From sequence record NZ_CP041325.1: 64,000 nucleotides of DNA. One strand, 5' to 3'. Both the position numbers and the translations under genes were made by a program. Positions 60,948 to 64,000 of the stretch are shown here, piece by piece (the stretch's first letter is position 1; each line of letters begins with the position of its first letter). The DNA comes from a plasmid. The notes under the pieces are model-generated. The model was not told the DNA's origin. It did not search any database and saw only the letters and a list, made by a program, of their open reading frames with translations.

Positions 60948-62531
60948 CTATTGAATATTGACGCTTTCTCTTTCGCTTAATAAACCGCCTGCTGCTTTCG
61001 CTCGAATCTTCGTCGCATTCCCTGGAAGGTAGGAGAGGGGAACCTCTTCTAGATCAACTAGAACCAGTTGTTCTGGATCGGCTCCTGCCTCAATTGCTTG
61101 CTGAAAAGCAAGTTGTTTAGCCAATTCCAATGTTTTCTCGCGTCCGAGCTCATCGGTGTTAAAGATTTTTTCGATTTCTCCGCTTACTTGTGAAATGGCA
61201 GAACCGATGGCATTTGCAACGCCTGAATTTTTCGGTTTAATGACTTCGGATGCACCTTTCAACTGATCAGAGAAGAGAATGCTGCCTCCACCGACAAGGA
61301 TAACCGGCACAGGTTCAGAACTTGTCTTCATCTTATCGATGGTCTCTTCAGCCATTTCCACCATCTTAGCGTAGATTCTTCCGACGAGTTCTTGGTTTAA
61401 ATGTGCGACCAGATCGGGATTTCCAAGTTGGGCTTTTCCTGTTGCCACCGCAATGTCGGTAGTTGTTAATGTATCACCGCCAAAGACGAGTCCTTTTTCA
61501 ATCAGACGGTAGCCGACGCTTTCGGGCCCAATCTGGAACGATTCATCTTCATTGACCGTGATGATCGTTCCGCCCCCAAGTCCGATTGAAGCGATATCCG
61601 GCATACGGAAATTCGTCCGGACACCACCGATTTCAACTGCCAGGGAAGATTGGCGAGGGAAAGACCCGACAAGGACTCCGACATCGGTTGTCGTTCCGCC
61701 GACATCCACGACCAGTGCATCGGGGTGATCCGTCAGGTAAGCCGCTCCACGCAAGCTGTTGGTCGGTCCACAGGCAATCGTCAATATCGGGTATTTCACT
61801 GTGTATTCAACTGACATCAGTGTCCCATCGTTCTGTCCAAAGAATACATCGGCATGGATGCCTTCTTTTTCAAGCGCTTTGACGAAGCCGTCTGCTGTAG
61901 AACGGGCGACGTCTACAATCGCAGCGTTTAAAATCGTTGCATTTTCCCGCTCAAGCAAACCGACACTGCCGATTTCACTGGAAAGAGAAATGACGGTCTC
62001 CTCACCCATAACTTCTTTAATAATGGCAGCGGCACGCAATTCATGGTCGACCGATACTGGTGAAAAGACAGAAGTGATGGCAATTGAGTCAACTTTACCT
62101 TTTAATTCTTCAGCGATACGACGGATTTCCTGTTCATCAAGTGCGGTGATTTCACGGCCATCGAATTCATTTCCTCCACGCACGATATAAATATGCTTCC
62201 CAAGAATCGCTTTCAGGTCGTCCGGAACGCCAACAAGCGGTTTGATGGCCATTGTTGCCGGTGCGCCAATCCGGATTGCAGCGACTTTATTGAGTCGTTT
62301 TCGCTCGACAATTGCATTCGTACAATGAGTTGTGCCAAGCATCGCATAACGAAATTGCTCTGTTGGTACACCGGAAGCTGCCACCACTTTATTTAATGCT
62401 TCGTAAATTCCGGAACTGACATCCTCTGTCGTGGTTGCCTTTACTTCAGAAATCACATTGTATGATTCATCCAGAACGACGGCATCTGTATGTGTTCCGC
62501 CGACATCGATTCCAATACGGTAATTTGCCAT
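60948..62531 (-). CDS. hydantoinase/oxoprolinase-family protein (HyuA-like, N-terminal hydantoinase domain; ASKHA fold)
   Basis: N-terminus MANYRIGIDVGGTHTDAVVL (ASKHA phosphate-1 motif) and a second DVGGTTTD motif. 527 aa. Confidence 0.75.
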   Translation of the reverse strand: MANYRIGIDVGGTHTDAVVLDESYNVISEVKATTTEDVSSGIYEALNKVVAASGVPTEQFRYAMLGTTHCTNAIVERKRLNKVAAIRIGAPATMAIKPLVGVPDDLKAILGKHIYIVRGGNEFDGREITALDEQEIRRIAEELKGKVDSIAITSVFSPVSVDHELRAAAIIKEVMGEETVISLSSEIGSVGLLERENATILNAAIVDVARSTADGFVKALEKEGIHADVFFGQNDGTLMSVEYTVKYPILTIACGPTNSLRGAAYLTDHPDALVVDVGGTTTDVGVLVGSFPRQSSLAVEIGGVRTNFRMPDIASIGLGGGTIITVNEDESFQIGPESVGYRLIEKGLVFGGDTLTTTDIAVATGKAQLGNPDLVAHLNQELVGRIYAKMVEMAEETIDKMKTSSEPVPVILVGGGSILFSDQLKGASEVIKPKNSGVANAIGSAISQVSGEIEKIFNTDELGREKTLELAKQLAFQQAIEAGADPEQLVLVDLEEVPLSYLPGNATKIRAKAAGGLLSERESVNIQ

Positions 62532-62532
62532 C

Positions 62533-63627
62533 TTAAACTTCCTCCTTTACAAGCACTAATTCTTCAACTGGCTGGTATGGCGCGCTGTATCCAAAATATT
62601 CAGGGCCTGCGACCTCAATGCCTTTTGGTGTGCGCCATTTCGGATCGCACGGCATACCGATAACGAGGCAGCGTGCGCCATAACGAAGGCCTTCGGTCGT
62701 AATCGGCATACCGGTTTCTGCATCAAGCACAGCAATCAAATCTGGCGTTACACATACGACTTGGCCGTCCACTTCCGCGAGCAAGTGCTCGTTTTGGAAA
62801 TGAAGTTTGCAGGTCTTTCCAGTATTTGAACCGATGCCTTCGATTGAAGCGGTTCCTTTTGCAAAACCATCCTGCGTTTTTCGATCGATGTCTGTTACTT
62901 TTCCTTGGAACAGCTGATGGCCGTTCGTCAATTCAAGAATTTCATCAATTGGATGTTTGCTATTCTTTAATGCTGTCCGGATTCTGGCACCGATTTTCTC
63001 TTCAAGCGACAGGATGTGATGGATTGAAGATTTTTTCATTGTCTTTCCATCCATTTGATAGATGGCATTCATGACAGAACCGCCCATCTCGATCGTTGCT
63101 TTCCGCGCAATGCGTTCAGCCCACACACTGTCAATGGTATTGAGCAGTAAGCTATTGCCTTTTTCATCAGATATGACCATCGGAGTAGCAGAAACACCTT
63201 CCAAGTGGAAAGTAACCATCTGAAGTTCCGGGAAAGCCCGTCCCATACCATCTGCATCAATCACCGGAAGCCCAAGTCTTGCAGCTAGCGCGAGTGGCAG
63301 CATTGAGTTCACACCGCCTGCTTCAATTGGCATGGTAGCGTAAATTTTTTTGCCAAGGTACTCCTCAAGCGCTTTAAACGCAGCTACAGCTTCATCACCA
63401 TTTGGAATTTTTTCAACCATGACAGTCGGCGCACCCATCATCGCGGAAGGAACAACCAAGGCATCATCCGGTACTTCCTCAGGATCGAGTAGACGGATGG
63501 GGCCGTATTCTTCGACAGCCTGCAGGGCCATCAATTTCCCGATATACGGATCACCTCCACCCCCAGTACCAAGAAGTGCTGCACCGATTGCGATATTTTC
63601 AATTTCTTCTTTCCCAATTAATCTCAT
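62533..63627 (-). CDS. DUF917-family protein (commonly paired with hydantoinase A-like genes)
   Basis: N-terminal GAALLGTGGGGDPY motif; 364 aa. Adjacent to and co-oriented with the hydantoinase-like gene. Confidence 0.6.
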   Translation of the reverse strand: MRLIGKEEIENIAIGAALLGTGGGGDPYIGKLMALQAVEEYGPIRLLDPEEVPDDALVVPSAMMGAPTVMVEKIPNGDEAVAAFKALEEYLGKKIYATMPIEAGGVNSMLPLALAARLGLPVIDADGMGRAFPELQMVTFHLEGVSATPMVISDEKGNSLLLNTIDSVWAERIARKATIEMGGSVMNAIYQMDGKTMKKSSIHHILSLEEKIGARIRTALKNSKHPIDEILELTNGHQLFQGKVTDIDRKTQDGFAKGTASIEGIGSNTGKTCKLHFQNEHLLAEVDGQVVCVTPDLIAVLDAETGMPITTEGLRYGARCLVIGMPCDPKWRTPKGIEVAGPEYFGYSAPYQPVEELVLVKEEV

Positions 63628-64000
63628 TGAATGTTCCTCCCTTGTTTAGCTACTAAAGCTGGTTGCTTAGATTCTTGGAATGCTTTGCTGACAATCAGTT
63701 GAAGTCCGAAGGCAATCAGGAACGCGTCAAATCCTGAAGCTCCCGTCAGATTAAAGAGACCAAATCCGGTCGGGGCAGGGGTCGTCATAAAGGCGATCAA
63801 AGCTGATAGAACCCAGATTGACATGCCCAAGACGTTGACGTTTTTTTGCCGGTCCACTTGTTCGAATGTGTAATTTTTTCGATTTAGCAGGTAATCTGCC
63901 ACGTAGATACCGCCAATCGGAGGGATCAGAACACTCAAAAACGATAAGAATGGAATGAAATGTTCATAGATTCCACCGACAGCCATTCCTGTGCCAATGA
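63624..64000 (-). CDS. NCS1-family (purine-cytosine/hydantoin) permease, C-terminal part only (gene continues beyond the window)
   Basis: Minus-strand ORF running to the window edge with hydrophobic helices; overlaps the DUF917 start (operon). Confidence 0.55.
   Translation of the reverse strand, partial: IGTGMAVGGIYEHFIPFLSFLSVLIPPIGGIYVADYLLNRKNYTFEQVDRQKNVNVLGMSIWVLSALIAFMTTPAPTGFGLFNLTGASGFDAFLIAFGLQLIVSKAFQESKQPALVAKQGRNIQ

Noticed and set aside
1-64000. Search for tRNA, rRNA, tmRNA, integrase/recombinase, IS transposase and toxin-antitoxin pairs
   Set aside because: No cloverleaf-compatible or rRNA-like segments are present. No tyrosine/serine recombinase or DDE transposase-like translations are in the ORF track. 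I found no canonical type II TA pair; the AbrB-like genes lack an adjacent toxin ORF.

Overview
Firmicutes (Bacillaceae/Planococcaceae-like) DNA. It is most plausibly a large conjugative heavy-metal-resistance plasmid, or a plasmid/chromosome mosaic; I found no integrase, transposase, tRNA, rRNA or CRISPR. Layout by region: (i) 0.4-6.4 kb: mntH, thiol-disulfide and cytochrome c maturation genes (resA-like, ccdA, bdbC, bdbD), copC-copD. (ii) 6.5-26.7 kb: dense metal-resistance island with cadD-cadC-cadA, czrA-czcD, a MarR/flavin-oxidoreductase/GNAT module, arsR-arsB-arsC-arsD-arsA plus a phosphatase and a HesB-like gene, a BASS permease, and merR-merA. (iii) 27-36.5 kb, minus strand: RadC, ArdC-like antirestriction protein, VirD4/TraG coupling protein, MobA/MobL relaxase, two DUF3847-like genes. 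(iv) 36.5-46.8 kb, AT-rich: AbrB-like regulator; a phosphatase pair bracketed by three copies of a 36-bp palindrome; a type Ib parA plus RHH partition module embedded in five arrays of 8-bp-periodic ATGC repeats (a parH-like centromere); two different replication initiators around an XRE repressor. (v) 46.9-55.5 kb: Gram-positive T4SS operon (PrgI/TcpE-like, VirB4, CwlT-like hydrolase, VirB6-like, lipoprotein, EssB/YukC-like protein). (vi) 55.5-60.7 kb: a second AbrB-like gene, an RNPP (Rgg/PlcR-type) regulator with a candidate 30-aa peptide gene, and an ABC transporter. (vii) 60.9-64 kb: hydantoinase/DUF917/NCS1 permease operon. More than 30 genes are interrupted by +/-1 frameshifts, nearly all at homopolymer runs, which looks like systematic sequencing error rather than decay. 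The most interesting candidates are the ATGC-box centromere arrays, the palindrome-bracketed phosphatase cassette, the RNPP-peptide module next to the T4SS, and a T7SS-type EssB-like protein inside the T4SS operon.
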